The notes beneath the pieces are model-generated. The model did not search any database. It saw nothing but the letters and a program-made list of their open reading frames with translations, and had not been told where the DNA came from. A program made the position numbers and the translations under genes. A stretch of DNA of 64,000 nucleotides from an uncultured Dehalococcoidia bacterium (GTDB lineage: Bacteria; Chloroflexota; Dehalococcoidia; Bin125). The DNA is taken from positions 150,332 to 214,331 of the forward strand of contig CATQGW010000002.1 in assembly GCA_958295515.1 (NCBI GenBank). Direction: 5' to 3'. This document shows positions 48,127-59,536 of this stretch, one piece after another (the stretch's first letter is position 1; each line of letters starts with the position of its first letter).

Positions 48127-48486
48127 ATGAGACGCTCCTACGCCGTCGTCTTTGAGCGGGGAACGAACAACTACGGCGCATATTGCCCCGATGTCCCCGG
48201 ATGCGTCAGCGTCGGCGATGACTGGCCGGAGATGCTGGCCATGATCCGCGAGGCGCTCAGCTTCCACATCGAGGGCATGCTGGAGAATGGCGAGGCGTTC
48301 CCCGCAGCCACGATGTCGGTGCCCGACGCCATGCGTTACCACTGCGATCTGATCGACGAAGACGGCTACGAGCTTCTGGAGGAGGCCGAACCGGAGCCAT
48401 CAACAGAGGTGACAGTGGCGATGGTGGATGTCGAGATTAACATCCCCGCATCGGCAGCCGCGAGCGCCACAGCCGTGTCCAGCTAA
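48127..48486 (+). CDS. hicB: HicB-family antitoxin, paralogue 2
   Basis: 119 aa. By my manual count it aligns without gaps to paralogue 1, about 72% identical (86/119). It starts 4 nt after paralogue 1. Confidence 0.85.
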   Translation: MRRSYAVVFERGTNNYGAYCPDVPGCVSVGDDWPEMLAMIREALSFHIEGMLENGEAFPAATMSVPDAMRYHCDLIDEDGYELLEEAEPEPSTEVTVAMVDVEINIPASAAASATAVSS

Positions 48487-48551
48487 CGCGATCAAGCGCG
48501 CTCACCCGATGCTCTGCAAGCCGATCTAGAACAACCACTCGCCGGGCTGCG

Positions 48552-48983
48552 ATGGCGGACCCGCGCACAACAGTCGGGATCGCGCCTATACTCGCTGCGA
48601 TGTTGACGACCAGCAGCCACGACTCCGAACCGGTCGGAGATGAGAACCACCGTTGCGGTACCTGCGGCTGCGCGCCGACCAGCGTGGCGATCCCGCCGGT
48701 GCGCACGCTGGTGCCGGACCAGATTGAGCGAACGCCTGCGCAGACGGCGCTGCTGCCCGCCGTGCGCGCCGACCTTGCGCCGTTTGCGCCCGCACTGCGC
48801 AGCGTCGCCGCCGTGCTCGCCACCGCCGCCCTGACCGACTGGGCGGCGCGCTACGCCGCCCCCGCGCTGGCGCGCAAGTCGCGCGAGCTCGTGCGCAGCA
48901 AGCGCCAACCCCAGCGGATCACGCGGACCACCATGATCGAGCAGCACATCACCGTCCGACACTGGGTCAGTGTGCGTTCGTAA
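48552..48983 (+). CDS. hypothetical protein (143 aa)
   Basis: High GC3 periodicity. It contains HRCGTCGC and an Ala-rich hydrophobic stretch. Its end overlaps the start of the LTD gene. I recognise no family. Confidence 0.45.
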   Translation: MADPRTTVGIAPILAAMLTTSSHDSEPVGDENHRCGTCGCAPTSVAIPPVRTLVPDQIERTPAQTALLPAVRADLAPFAPALRSVAAVLATAALTDWAARYAAPALARKSRELVRSKRQPQRITRTTMIEQHITVRHWVSVRS

Positions 48984-50589
48984 GCTCGTCTATCGCTCTC
49001 TGCTCAGCGCAGCCGCGATCGCCGTCGCGGCGTCCTCGCTGCTCGGCATTCGCCACGCCCGCGCCGACGGCGGCGACATCGAAATCACCGCCGCGCTGGT
49101 CAACGCCGGACGCGGACGCGAGGACGCCGCCTACGAGTGGGTGCTGCTCACCAACCTGGGCGCGACCGCGGTGGAATTGAACGGTTGGACATTGGCAGAC
49201 AATTCCAGCAGCGATCCCCTCGCCGAACACGCGCTCCAAGCAGGCGCGTCGCTGCTGATCGCCGCCTCCTGCTCGGCGCTGATCGAAGCACCCGCGTCCG
49301 ACTCCGACCATGTGTTGACGGACTCTGCAATCGGCGGCGGCCTGGCCAATCGCGGCGACCTGCTCGAACTGCGCAACGCCGCCGGCGCGCTGATCGACGC
49401 CGTCTCCTGGGGCAATGTGCATGTCCACGGCGAGCGCCCAGCCCCAGAGCAGGGCGCGCCGCTGCACTTCGGCGACGCGCCGATCCCGCAGCCGCGGCCA
49501 GGCGGCAATCCGGTCAGGCTGACCCTCGACGCGGGCGGTATTGACGCGGAGGGCGGCATCGGCGTGATCGAGGTCGCCAACGCCTGCGAATGGGAGCAGC
49601 CGCTCGCCGGCTGGTCGCTGCAACACGGCGCAACACTGCTGGACCTGTCCGATCTGACCATCCCTGCCAACGACGCAGCAGCCATTCGGATCGACGCGCC
49701 GATCGCGAACGCGCCAATCGAGCTGCGCGCCCCGGATGGACGGATCTCGGATACGGTCGCTTGGGCAGCCGACGCGCAACCCGCGGCAGAGCCCACCACT
49801 GAGCAATCCGCCGCGCCGTCCGCCGCCGAACCGGCGCCGCTGCCACCCGCCGCCAACCTCCGCATTACCGAGTTCATGCCGCGCCCCCTCCCGGACCAAC
49901 CGGAATGGGTAGAGCTGATCAACGACGGTCCAGACGCACTCGACCTGACCGGCTGGCAGATTGGCGACGCCCGCTCCAGCCGCGAACTGTGGGGCATCAT
50001 CGAACCTGGACAGCGAATCGTCTTCGCCTCGGCGCAGATGCCCGACACCGACGGCGAAATGCGGCTGCTGGACGGAGCAATCGGCAACGGGCTGAACAAC
50101 GACGGCGACACGCTCCGGCTAATCGCCCCCGACGGGACGGTCAGGGCAACCATCGAATACGGCGGTCCCGACCTGCCCACGCCCGCGGCCGGCTCATCGC
50201 TGGCGCTCACCCCGCGCGTTTGGGTCGTCAATCAAACCCCGTCGCCGGGCGGCGCGGCGGTCGCGCCCGCGCTGCAAGCCGCCGACATCGTGGCCGAGCC
50301 GGTCGAACGGTCGCCTGCGCCGCCCGTCCTCGTCGGCGAGTTGCAGTCCGACGGCGGGATCAACCCCTGGATGGTGGTCTCCGCCGGGCTCGGCGGCCTG
50401 CTGATCGCGCTGCTGCTGCGCCGCTGGATTCCGAACCAACGGGATGAGCAGGAACAACCGCCGCCGCCCGCCGAACCGCCGCCCTACCCCGAAATGCTCG
50501 ACTACAGCGCCGTGGCCGAGGACCCGCCGCCCTACGATGCCGGTCCCACCACCCAACAGCCGCATCCCTGGAACGAGGATGAAGAATGA
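48970..50589 (+). CDS. lamin-tail-domain (LTD) surface protein with signal peptide, C-terminal TM anchor and Pro-rich tail
   Basis: Signal-like LLSAAAIAVAASSLLGIRHARA. LTD signatures are ITAALVN...YEWVLLTNLG...LNGWTLAD and LRITEFMPRP...EWVELINDGPDALDLTGWQIGD. The TM segment is WMVVSAGLGGLLIALLL. Confidence 0.8.
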   Translation: MCVRKLVYRSLLSAAAIAVAASSLLGIRHARADGGDIEITAALVNAGRGREDAAYEWVLLTNLGATAVELNGWTLADNSSSDPLAEHALQAGASLLIAASCSALIEAPASDSDHVLTDSAIGGGLANRGDLLELRNAAGALIDAVSWGNVHVHGERPAPEQGAPLHFGDAPIPQPRPGGNPVRLTLDAGGIDAEGGIGVIEVANACEWEQPLAGWSLQHGATLLDLSDLTIPANDAAAIRIDAPIANAPIELRAPDGRISDTVAWAADAQPAAEPTTEQSAAPSAAEPAPLPPAANLRITEFMPRPLPDQPEWVELINDGPDALDLTGWQIGDARSSRELWGIIEPGQRIVFASAQMPDTDGEMRLLDGAIGNGLNNDGDTLRLIAPDGTVRATIEYGGPDLPTPAAGSSLALTPRVWVVNQTPSPGGAAVAPALQAADIVAEPVERSPAPPVLVGELQSDGGINPWMVVSAGLGGLLIALLLRRWIPNQRDEQEQPPPPAEPPPYPEMLDYSAVAEDPPPYDAGPTTQQPHPWNEDEE

Positions 50590-51374
50590 GCGAGGTGCGC
50601 CTGGCTGTCGCGCTGGCGCGTGCTGGCATCGGCTCACGCCGCGCCTGCGACGCATTGATTCGCGGCGGCCGCGTCCATGTCGATGGCAAACTCGTCACCG
50701 ACCCGGCCACGCGGGTACACCCAGCCGAAGCGCAAATCGAGTTCGATGGCAAGCCGCTGCCCGCGCCTCAGGCGCCCCGCTACTACGCGCTGCACAAGCC
50801 GCGCGGCGTCGTCTCCACCGCCCACGACGAGCGCGGACGCCGCAGCGTCGTCGACTTTCTACCCGCCGACGCCGGACGCTGCGTACCGGTGGGGCGGCTC
50901 GATCGCGACAGCGAAGGGCTGCTGCTGCTCAGCAACGACGGTCCGCTGATCGATCGCCTGCTCCACCCCAGCCACGAAATTCCGCGCACCTACCTCGCCG
51001 AACTGCTCGGCCGCCCCAGCGACGAGACGCTGGACGCGATGTACGCGGGAGTGAAGGCCGAGGACGGCTTGCTGCGCGCCAAACCACGCCGCTCCAAGCG
51101 TCCCGGACGCCCGCTGCCGCAGGGCGACACCACCTGGCTGCGGCTCACCCTGCATACCGGCCGCAAGCGCGAGATACGCCGCCTCTGCGAGGCGCTCGGT
51201 CACCCTGTGGTGCGGCTGCGCCGCACCGGCTTCGGACCAATCCTGCTGCGCGACCTCGAACCAGGTCGCATTCGCCCACTCTCACAGCGCGAGGTGCGCC
51301 TGCTGCGCCGCGCGGCGGGTCTCGCAGACGACAGCACAGAGCGCAGCGGCGACTATGATCCGAGCGATGACTGA
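50586..51374 (+). CDS. rluB: 23S rRNA pseudouridine synthase (RsuA/RluB family, S4 domain N-terminal)
   Basis: RLAVALARAGIGSRRACDALIRGGRVHVDG (S4), YYALHKPRGVVST and VGRLDRDSEGLLLLSNDG. The ATG overlaps the LTD stop (ATGA). Confidence 0.85.
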   Translation: MSEVRLAVALARAGIGSRRACDALIRGGRVHVDGKLVTDPATRVHPAEAQIEFDGKPLPAPQAPRYYALHKPRGVVSTAHDERGRRSVVDFLPADAGRCVPVGRLDRDSEGLLLLSNDGPLIDRLLHPSHEIPRTYLAELLGRPSDETLDAMYAGVKAEDGLLRAKPRRSKRPGRPLPQGDTTWLRLTLHTGRKREIRRLCEALGHPVVRLRRTGFGPILLRDLEPGRIRPLSQREVRLLRRAAGLADDSTERSGDYDPSDD

Positions 51375-52071
51375 GCATCCCGCCCTCGTCGCCATCGACG
51401 GCCCCGTCGCCTCGGGCAAAACGGTCGTCGGCCGCGCGCTCGCCGCGCGGCTCGGCTGGGCGCTGTTCGACACCGGGATCATGTACCGCGCGCTCACTTG
51501 GCTGGCGCTGGAACGCAGCGTCTCGCTGGACGACACGGTGGCACTGACGGAGCTAGCCAACGCAGCGGAGGTGCGTGTGATCCCCAGCGACGATCCGAGC
51601 TCGCCCGATGTGCAGATCGAGATCGATGGTCTGAACGCCACCGAGCACCTACGCAAACCGCATGTGGAGGCCGCCGTCTCCACCGTTGCTGCGGTCGCCG
51701 AACTGCGCCGCCGCCTCGTGCAGCTGCAAAGCGAAGCCGCCGCCAAAGGCCGGCTGGTAGTGGTCGGGCGCGACATCGGCACCGTCGTGCTGCCCGACGC
51801 ACCCGTCAAAATCTTCCTCACCGCCTCGCCCGAGGTCCGCGCACTGCGACGCTCGATGCAGGCCGGCCACGCCACGGACAACGACCACGAGCAGGTCCTA
51901 CAGGCGACGCGGCGACGCGACGAGCACGACCGCAACCGCGAGGCCTCGCCGCTGGTCCCCGCCAACGACGCAATCACGCTCGATACCAGCGAGCTCACCC
52001 TCGACGAAGCAATTGAAGCGGCCTTCACGATCGTCGAACGGGCTCTGCCCAGCGCCGCGGCGGCGCACTGA
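51355..52071 (+). CDS. cmk: cytidylate kinase
   Basis: VAIDGPVASGKTVVGRALAARLGWALFDTGIMYRA, VVVGRDIGTVVLPDA and RRRDEHDRNREASPL. Confidence 0.9.
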   Translation: MIRAMTEHPALVAIDGPVASGKTVVGRALAARLGWALFDTGIMYRALTWLALERSVSLDDTVALTELANAAEVRVIPSDDPSSPDVQIEIDGLNATEHLRKPHVEAAVSTVAAVAELRRRLVQLQSEAAAKGRLVVVGRDIGTVVLPDAPVKIFLTASPEVRALRRSMQAGHATDNDHEQVLQATRRRDEHDRNREASPLVPANDAITLDTSELTLDEAIEAAFTIVERALPSAAAAH

Positions 52072-52080
52072 ATTCGGGCG

Positions 52081-52905
52081 GTGGCAATGGCAGCGGAGAT
52101 GGGTATCGGGAAGCGCAGCTACCGCTGGATCACGCGCCAGCTGACCCGCGCGATCTTCGGCGAGTCCGAGGCGCTGCGCCAGGTCGGCATGACCGGCATG
52201 CCCAACGCCTCGCAGGCCTGGTTCATCGTCGCCGGCTTCTTCGCCCGCTTCGCCTTTCTGCGCATCATCCGCTGCGAATGGCGCCACTTCGAGCGCATCC
52301 CCAAGAGCGGCGTGATCATCGCCTCCAACCACCTCTCCTCCGCCGACCCCGCCATGATCGCCTCCGCGATCTACCCGCGCTCGCCGCGCTACATGTCCAA
52401 GATCGAACTGTTTCAGAAAGAGCCGGTGATCGGCTATCTGTTCGCCCTCTCCGGCGGCTTCCCGGTGCGGCGCGGACTAGGCGATCGCGCGGCGCTGCGC
52501 GAGGCCGAGCGGCTGCTTGCCGAGGGCGCAGCGGTGGGGATGTTCCCCGAAGGCCACCGCTCCGACACCGGGGCGCTGATCGAGGCGCACACCGGCACCG
52601 CGCTGCTGGCGCTGCGCACCGGCGCACCGGTTGTGCCCGTCGGCATCTGGGGCAGCGAGCATCTGCGCGGCGGCTGGCGTGCGATTCTGCGCCAATCGCC
52701 GGTGCAGATGACCGCCGGCGAGCCGTTCGTGCTTGAGCGCGGCAAGCGGATTCGGCGCGAAGATGTGGCCCGCGCCCATCAGCGGCTGATGGCCGAGATT
52801 GCCGCTCAGTTGCCTGAGCCGTATCGTGGGGTATACGCCGACCTGGATGTAGAGGCCGAGCGCCGCGCCGCGCTGAGTCCGTCCGGCGACGAAGGGCTGT
52901 GCTGA
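52081..52905 (+). CDS. plsC: 1-acyl-sn-glycerol-3-phosphate acyltransferase
   Basis: NHLSSADP (HX4D), GGFPVRRG, FPEGHRS and APVVPVGIWG. Confidence 0.85.
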   Translation: MAMAAEMGIGKRSYRWITRQLTRAIFGESEALRQVGMTGMPNASQAWFIVAGFFARFAFLRIIRCEWRHFERIPKSGVIIASNHLSSADPAMIASAIYPRSPRYMSKIELFQKEPVIGYLFALSGGFPVRRGLGDRAALREAERLLAEGAAVGMFPEGHRSDTGALIEAHTGTALLALRTGAPVVPVGIWGSEHLRGGWRAILRQSPVQMTAGEPFVLERGKRIRREDVARAHQRLMAEIAAQLPEPYRGVYADLDVEAERRAALSPSGDEGLC

Positions 52906-53780
52906 TGAAGATTCACCGGGCGCGCGATATGGGCTTCTGCTTCGGCGTCCGCCGCGCCGTCGACATGATGCAGGAAGCCGCCGCCGAAGGCCGCCTCGTC
53001 ACCACGCTCGGCCAAGTCGTACACAACCCGCAGGTGGTGGAGCAATTGGAGGCGACGGGTATCGCGGTCAACGACAGCCGCACGGTGAACGGCGTCAGCA
53101 CCTCGACGGTGGCGATCACCGCGCACGGCGTGGGCGAGACGGTAGTGCGGGACATCGAGCAGCAGGGCTTTGACGTGATCGATACGACCTGCCAGTTCGT
53201 GGCCCGTTCGCAACGCGCCGCGCGCAATCTGGCCGAGCGGGGCTTCGCGGTAATCATTTTCGGCGACCCCACGCATCCGGAGGTCAAGGGCGTACTCGGC
53301 TGGTGCCGTGGGCGCGGAATGGTGATTCCGGACGAATCGCTGGACGACTTGCCCGACTACCTGCCGAGCAAGATCGGCGTGATCTCCCAGACAACGCACA
53401 CGCCCGAGCGATTCGCGCAGTTCGTGGCCAACCTGATGGCCAAGCGCGTCGATCAGATCACGGAGATTCGCGTCGTCAACGTGCTCTGCAACGCGACGAC
53501 ATCGCAGCAGGCGGCAACTCGAGACTTGGCCGAAGAGGTGGACCTGATGATCGTGGTGGGTGGGCACAACAGCGCCAACACCCGCCACCTGGCCGACCTC
53601 TCGCGCGCCAACGGCGTGGAGACGTATCACGTAGAGACCGCCGACGAGCTGTGCAACGAGTGGTTTGAGGGGCACGAAGACGTTGGAGTGACCGCAGGCG
53701 CATCGACGCCGGACTTCTCGATTGACGCGGTGGCGCAGCGCGTTGAGGAGATCAGCCGGCAGCAGACCGCCGGCGTCTGA
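52899..53780 (+). CDS. ispH: 4-hydroxy-3-methylbut-2-enyl diphosphate reductase
   Basis: GFCFGVRRAVDM, IVHNPQVV-like (VVHNPQVVEQL), TCQFV, HPEV, SQTT and CNATTSQQ. ATG 52905 is an alternative start. Confidence 0.9.
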   Translation: MLMKIHRARDMGFCFGVRRAVDMMQEAAAEGRLVTTLGQVVHNPQVVEQLEATGIAVNDSRTVNGVSTSTVAITAHGVGETVVRDIEQQGFDVIDTTCQFVARSQRAARNLAERGFAVIIFGDPTHPEVKGVLGWCRGRGMVIPDESLDDLPDYLPSKIGVISQTTHTPERFAQFVANLMAKRVDQITEIRVVNVLCNATTSQQAATRDLAEEVDLMIVVGGHNSANTRHLADLSRANGVETYHVETADELCNEWFEGHEDVGVTAGASTPDFSIDAVAQRVEEISRQQTAGV

Positions 53781-53806
53781 GCGAATCCGACAGGCGGCCG
53801 GCCAAC

Positions 53807-55207
53807 ATGACTCGCTCCAAAGGGCGCAGCGGCGCGATCGCTTCGATCGAGCCCGACTCGCTGGCGGATGAGGCGGGGCTGCGCCCCGGCGATCGGGTGC
53901 TGCGGGTCAACGGCGACGCGCCGCGCGACCAGCTCGACTACCGCTTCCAGACGACCGACAGCTTCGTCTCGCTGGACGTGATCCACGACGGCGAGCCGGG
54001 CATCGTCGAGTTCGAGAAGCCGATCGATGAGCCGCTGGGAATCGAGTTTGCGGACGACGCCTTCGACAGTACGCGAATCTGCAACAACACCTGCTTCTTC
54101 TGCTTCCTCAAGGGATTGCCCAAAGGTCTGCGCAAGCCGCTCTACCTCAAGGACGACGACTACCGCCTCTCCTTCCTGCACGGCAACTTCGTGACGCTGA
54201 CCAATCTGAGCGAGGACGACTGGGCGCGGCTGGCAGAGCAGCGGCTCAGCCCGATGCATGTCTCGGTACACGCCACCGACCTCGAACTGCGCCGCCGCAT
54301 GCTGGGCAACCGCAGCGCGCCCGACATCCGCGCCCAGCTGCGGCAGCTGGCGGAGATGCGGATCGAGGCCCACACACAGGTCGTGCTCTGCCCCGGCGTC
54401 AACGACGCCGACGCGCTCGATCAAACAGTGGGCGATCTGCTGGAGCACGACAACGTGCTCTCGATCGGCGTCGCCCCTGTGGGCTCCAGCATCCAGGGCG
54501 AGGAGCGGATCGCGGACGCGGCAATGCGCGCCTGCACACCCGAGGAGGCGCGCCAAACCGTGCAACAGCTGCACCGCTGGCAGCGCAAGGCGCGTTCGAC
54601 ACGCGCCGCGTCGGTCGTCTTTCCGACCGACGAGATTTATCTCACCGCAGGCGCGCGAATTCCTTCCGCCGGGCGCTACGACGGCTTCCCGCAGTGGGAG
54701 AACGGCGTGGGGATGGTGCGCACGCTGCTCGACGACTGGCGGCGGACGCGGCGGCGCTTGCGCGAGGGTCGAATTGCGCTGCCCGCAAATCGACCGAAGC
54801 GGATCACGCTGGCCTGCGGCACGCTGATCGCGCCGACGCTCGAAACGCTCACGAGCGAGCTTGCCGAGTGGTTGGGCATCGCGATCGATGTCGCGCCCGT
54901 GTCCAACACACTGTTCGGCGCGCGCGTAAACGTCTCAGGGCTGCTGCCGGGGGCGGATTTCGCCGTCGCGCTGGCTGAGCGTGATCTGGGCGAGCGCGTC
55001 TTTCTACCGCGCGCCAGCCTCGACTACTTCGGTAAGCGCTTTCTCGACGACATGACCCCGCAGCAGTTGGAGGCGCAGCTGGAGCGCCCGATCTCGTTCG
55101 TCTACACGCTTTCGGACCTTGTAGAGTTGATCGCGAGCGCTGAGGCCGGCGCACCAGGTGCCACGCCCGCCCACTCCAACGGGCGGTCGTGGACCAGCGC
55201 CGGCTAG
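53807..55207 (+). CDS. DUF512 protein (PDZ domain + radical-SAM-like CX3CX2C)
   Basis: N-terminal PDZ-like (GLRPGDRVLRVNG), then CNNTCFFCF and DDYRLSFLHGNFVTLTNL. Confidence 0.75.
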   Translation: MTRSKGRSGAIASIEPDSLADEAGLRPGDRVLRVNGDAPRDQLDYRFQTTDSFVSLDVIHDGEPGIVEFEKPIDEPLGIEFADDAFDSTRICNNTCFFCFLKGLPKGLRKPLYLKDDDYRLSFLHGNFVTLTNLSEDDWARLAEQRLSPMHVSVHATDLELRRRMLGNRSAPDIRAQLRQLAEMRIEAHTQVVLCPGVNDADALDQTVGDLLEHDNVLSIGVAPVGSSIQGEERIADAAMRACTPEEARQTVQQLHRWQRKARSTRAASVVFPTDEIYLTAGARIPSAGRYDGFPQWENGVGMVRTLLDDWRRTRRRLREGRIALPANRPKRITLACGTLIAPTLETLTSELAEWLGIAIDVAPVSNTLFGARVNVSGLLPGADFAVALAERDLGERVFLPRASLDYFGKRFLDDMTPQQLEAQLERPISFVYTLSDLVELIASAEAGAPGATPAHSNGRSWTSAG

Positions 55208-55235
55208 CGCAGCCGGCGGGGTTGTCGGGGACATC

Positions 55236-57080
<1,845 letters not shown>

Positions 57081-57199
57081 CCGCCGATGCCTCGCAGCCA
57101 CACAACGATGCGTGCGATAACGATCCGCCCGCCGCGCGCCCGCCGGGGCGCGTTGCGCAAGCGGTGATATCCTCCCCTGCACGCCGGACGGGATGCCCT

Positions 57200-59479
57200 A
57201 TGCCCCTCGACTCCGCCCTGGAACGCGCGTCGATCGTCTGGTTCCACCAGGTCGGGCGCGATGCTGTAGCGCTGGTCGGCGGCAAGGGCGCGAACCTTGG
57301 CGAACTGACCCAGGCGCAGATTCCCGTCCCGCCCGGCTTCGTCGTCACCACCTCCGCCTACCGCGCCTTCCTGATCGAGACCGGCCTCGACAACCGAATC
57401 GCCCAGCTGGTCGACGGCCTCAATATCGAGGACGACGACGCCCTACAGCGCACCGCCGCCGGCATCCGCGAGGCAATCGAAGCGGCGAAGATGCCGCCCG
57501 CCCTGCGCGCCGAAATCGAAGCCGCCTACCGCGAACTCGGCGAGGGCCTGGTCGCCGTCCGCTCTTCCGCGACCGCCGAAGACCTCGCCGAAGCCTCCTT
57601 TGCCGGCCAGCAGTCCACCTACCTCAACATCGAAGGCGCGCCCCACGTCGTAGACGCCGTGCAGCGCTGCTGGGCCTCGCTCTTTGAGGCCCGCGCGATC
57701 TTTTACCGCGAACACGCCGGCTGGGGGCACACCGATGTCGACCTCGCCGTCCCCGTCCAGCGCATGGTGCAGTCGCAAGCCTCTGGCGTGATGTTCACGA
57801 TCGACCCAATCTCCAACGATCGGGAGCGAGTGGTGATCGAAGCCGCTTTCGGCCTCGGCGAAGCGGTCGTCTCGGGGCTGGTCAGCCCCGACCACTTTGA
57901 AGTCCACAAGTCCGACGAGTCGATCCTCGAGCGCCAGATTTTCCAGCAGGATCGCATGCTGGTGCGCAACCCCAACGGCACCGGCGGCGAAGCCAACATC
58001 TGGCAGGCGCTGAACGAGCGCGACGGCGGCCGGGCCAAGCTAAGCGACGCGCAGGTCCTCGAACTCTCGCGCATCGGCAGGCAAATCGAGCGACACTACG
58101 GCAGCCCCCAGGACATCGAGTGGGGCTGGGCCGACGACCGCTTCTACCTGCTCCAGACCCGCCCGATCACCACGCTGGCGCAGCCCGCCGGCGACCTCGA
58201 CTCCGCGCCCACGCCGCAAGCCGAACCGCTGCTCAGTGGCGCCGCCGCCAGCCCTGGAGTCGCCGCCGGACGGGTGCGCGTGGTCGACGACCCGACGCAG
58301 ACAAACTTGATCGCCGAGGGCGACGTACTCGTCGCCGAGATGACCACCCCTGACTTCGTCCCCGCAATGAAGCGCGCCGCAGCGATCATCACCGAGAAGG
58401 GCGGGCGCACCTGCCACGCCGCGATCATCAGCCGCGAGCTGGGCGTGCCCTGCATCGTGGGCGCCGCCGGCGCGCGCGAGCTGGCCGACGGACTGCTGAT
58501 CACCGTCGACGCCGCTGCCGGGCAGGTCTACGCCGGCGAGCATCCCGAGCTGATCGACTGGTGGCGCGCGCAGCAGGAACAGACCCTCGCTGAAGCACCT
58601 GAGACCACGACCAAAATTTATGTGAACCTGGCCGACCCCGACATCGCCGAGCGCGTCGCTTCGCGCGCCGTGGACGGCGTCGGACTGCTGCGCGCCGAGT
58701 TCATCATCGCCCGCATGGGCGAACACCCCCGCTCCTTCCTCGACAGCGGCCGAGGCGACGAGTACGTGGCGCGGCTGGCCGAGGGGCTGGAGAAAATCGC
58801 CGGCGCATTCCACCCACGCCCCGTCGTCTACCGCGCCACCGACTTCAAAACCAACGAGTACGCCAACCTCAAAGGGGGCTCCGAATACGAGCCCAACGAG
58901 GAAAATCCGATGATCGGCTACCGCGGCGCGGCTCGCTACGTACGCGAGCCCGACCTCTTCGAGCTCGAGCTGCGCGCGCTCGAACAGGTCCGTGAGCAGT
59001 ACCCCGGCCTGCACCTGATGATCCCCTTCGTGCGCACGACCGACGAGCTGCGCCAGGTGATCGACCTGGTCGAGGGCTACGGCCTGCGCCGCTCCGACGG
59101 CTTCAAAATCTGGATCATGGTCGAGGTGCCCTCCAATGTGTGGTTGCTCGAAGAGTTCATCGCGCAGGGCGTCGACGGCGTCTCGATCGGCTCCAACGAC
59201 CTCACTCAACTGACGCTCGGCATCGACCGCGACTCGGAGCGCTTCGCGGATACCTTCGACGAACGCAACCCCGCGGTGCTGCACGCGATCCGCACCGTGA
59301 TCGAGACGGCCGGCCGCTGCGGCGTGACCGTTTCGGTCTGCGGACAGGGGCCGTCGGAACATCCTGACCTCGCCGAGCGTCTGGTTGAGTGGGGGATCAC
59401 GTCAATCTCCGTCACGCCCGACGTGATCGAACGAACCCGACAACTGGTGGCGGAGGCCGAAGCGCGCGTGCTGGGCTAG
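57200..59479 (+). CDS. ppsA: phosphoenolpyruvate synthase (pyruvate, water dikinase)
   Basis: VGGKGANLGEL, PVPPGFVVTT, the phospho-His loop GGRTCHAAIISRELGVPCIVG, and a C-terminal PEP-utilising TIM barrel (SIGSNDLTQL, CGQ). I start at ATG 57200. The track ORF start at 56183 is an out-of-gene extension. Confidence 0.9.
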   Translation: MPLDSALERASIVWFHQVGRDAVALVGGKGANLGELTQAQIPVPPGFVVTTSAYRAFLIETGLDNRIAQLVDGLNIEDDDALQRTAAGIREAIEAAKMPPALRAEIEAAYRELGEGLVAVRSSATAEDLAEASFAGQQSTYLNIEGAPHVVDAVQRCWASLFEARAIFYREHAGWGHTDVDLAVPVQRMVQSQASGVMFTIDPISNDRERVVIEAAFGLGEAVVSGLVSPDHFEVHKSDESILERQIFQQDRMLVRNPNGTGGEANIWQALNERDGGRAKLSDAQVLELSRIGRQIERHYGSPQDIEWGWADDRFYLLQTRPITTLAQPAGDLDSAPTPQAEPLLSGAAASPGVAAGRVRVVDDPTQTNLIAEGDVLVAEMTTPDFVPAMKRAAAIITEKGGRTCHAAIISRELGVPCIVGAAGARELADGLLITVDAAAGQVYAGEHPELIDWWRAQQEQTLAEAPETTTKIYVNLADPDIAERVASRAVDGVGLLRAEFIIARMGEHPRSFLDSGRGDEYVARLAEGLEKIAGAFHPRPVVYRATDFKTNEYANLKGGSEYEPNEENPMIGYRGAARYVREPDLFELELRALEQVREQYPGLHLMIPFVRTTDELRQVIDLVEGYGLRRSDGFKIWIMVEVPSNVWLLEEFIAQGVDGVSIGSNDLTQLTLGIDRDSERFADTFDERNPAVLHAIRTVIETAGRCGVTVSVCGQGPSEHPDLAERLVEWGITSISVTPDVIERTRQLVAEAEARVLG

Positions 59480-59536
59480 CGGCGGCACTCACCGCCCGGC
59501 GTTCGCAGCAAGGCCGCGGCGGGAGCGGGAGCAGGC

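Noticed and set aside
55208-55235. glmS ribozyme upstream of glmS; T-box leaders upstream of thrS, pheS and alaS
   Set aside because: The available spacers (28 nt, 37 nt, 149 nt shared by divergent genes, 126 nt shared by divergent genes) are too short for these roughly 170-300-nt elements. I also saw no T-box or ribozyme core motifs.
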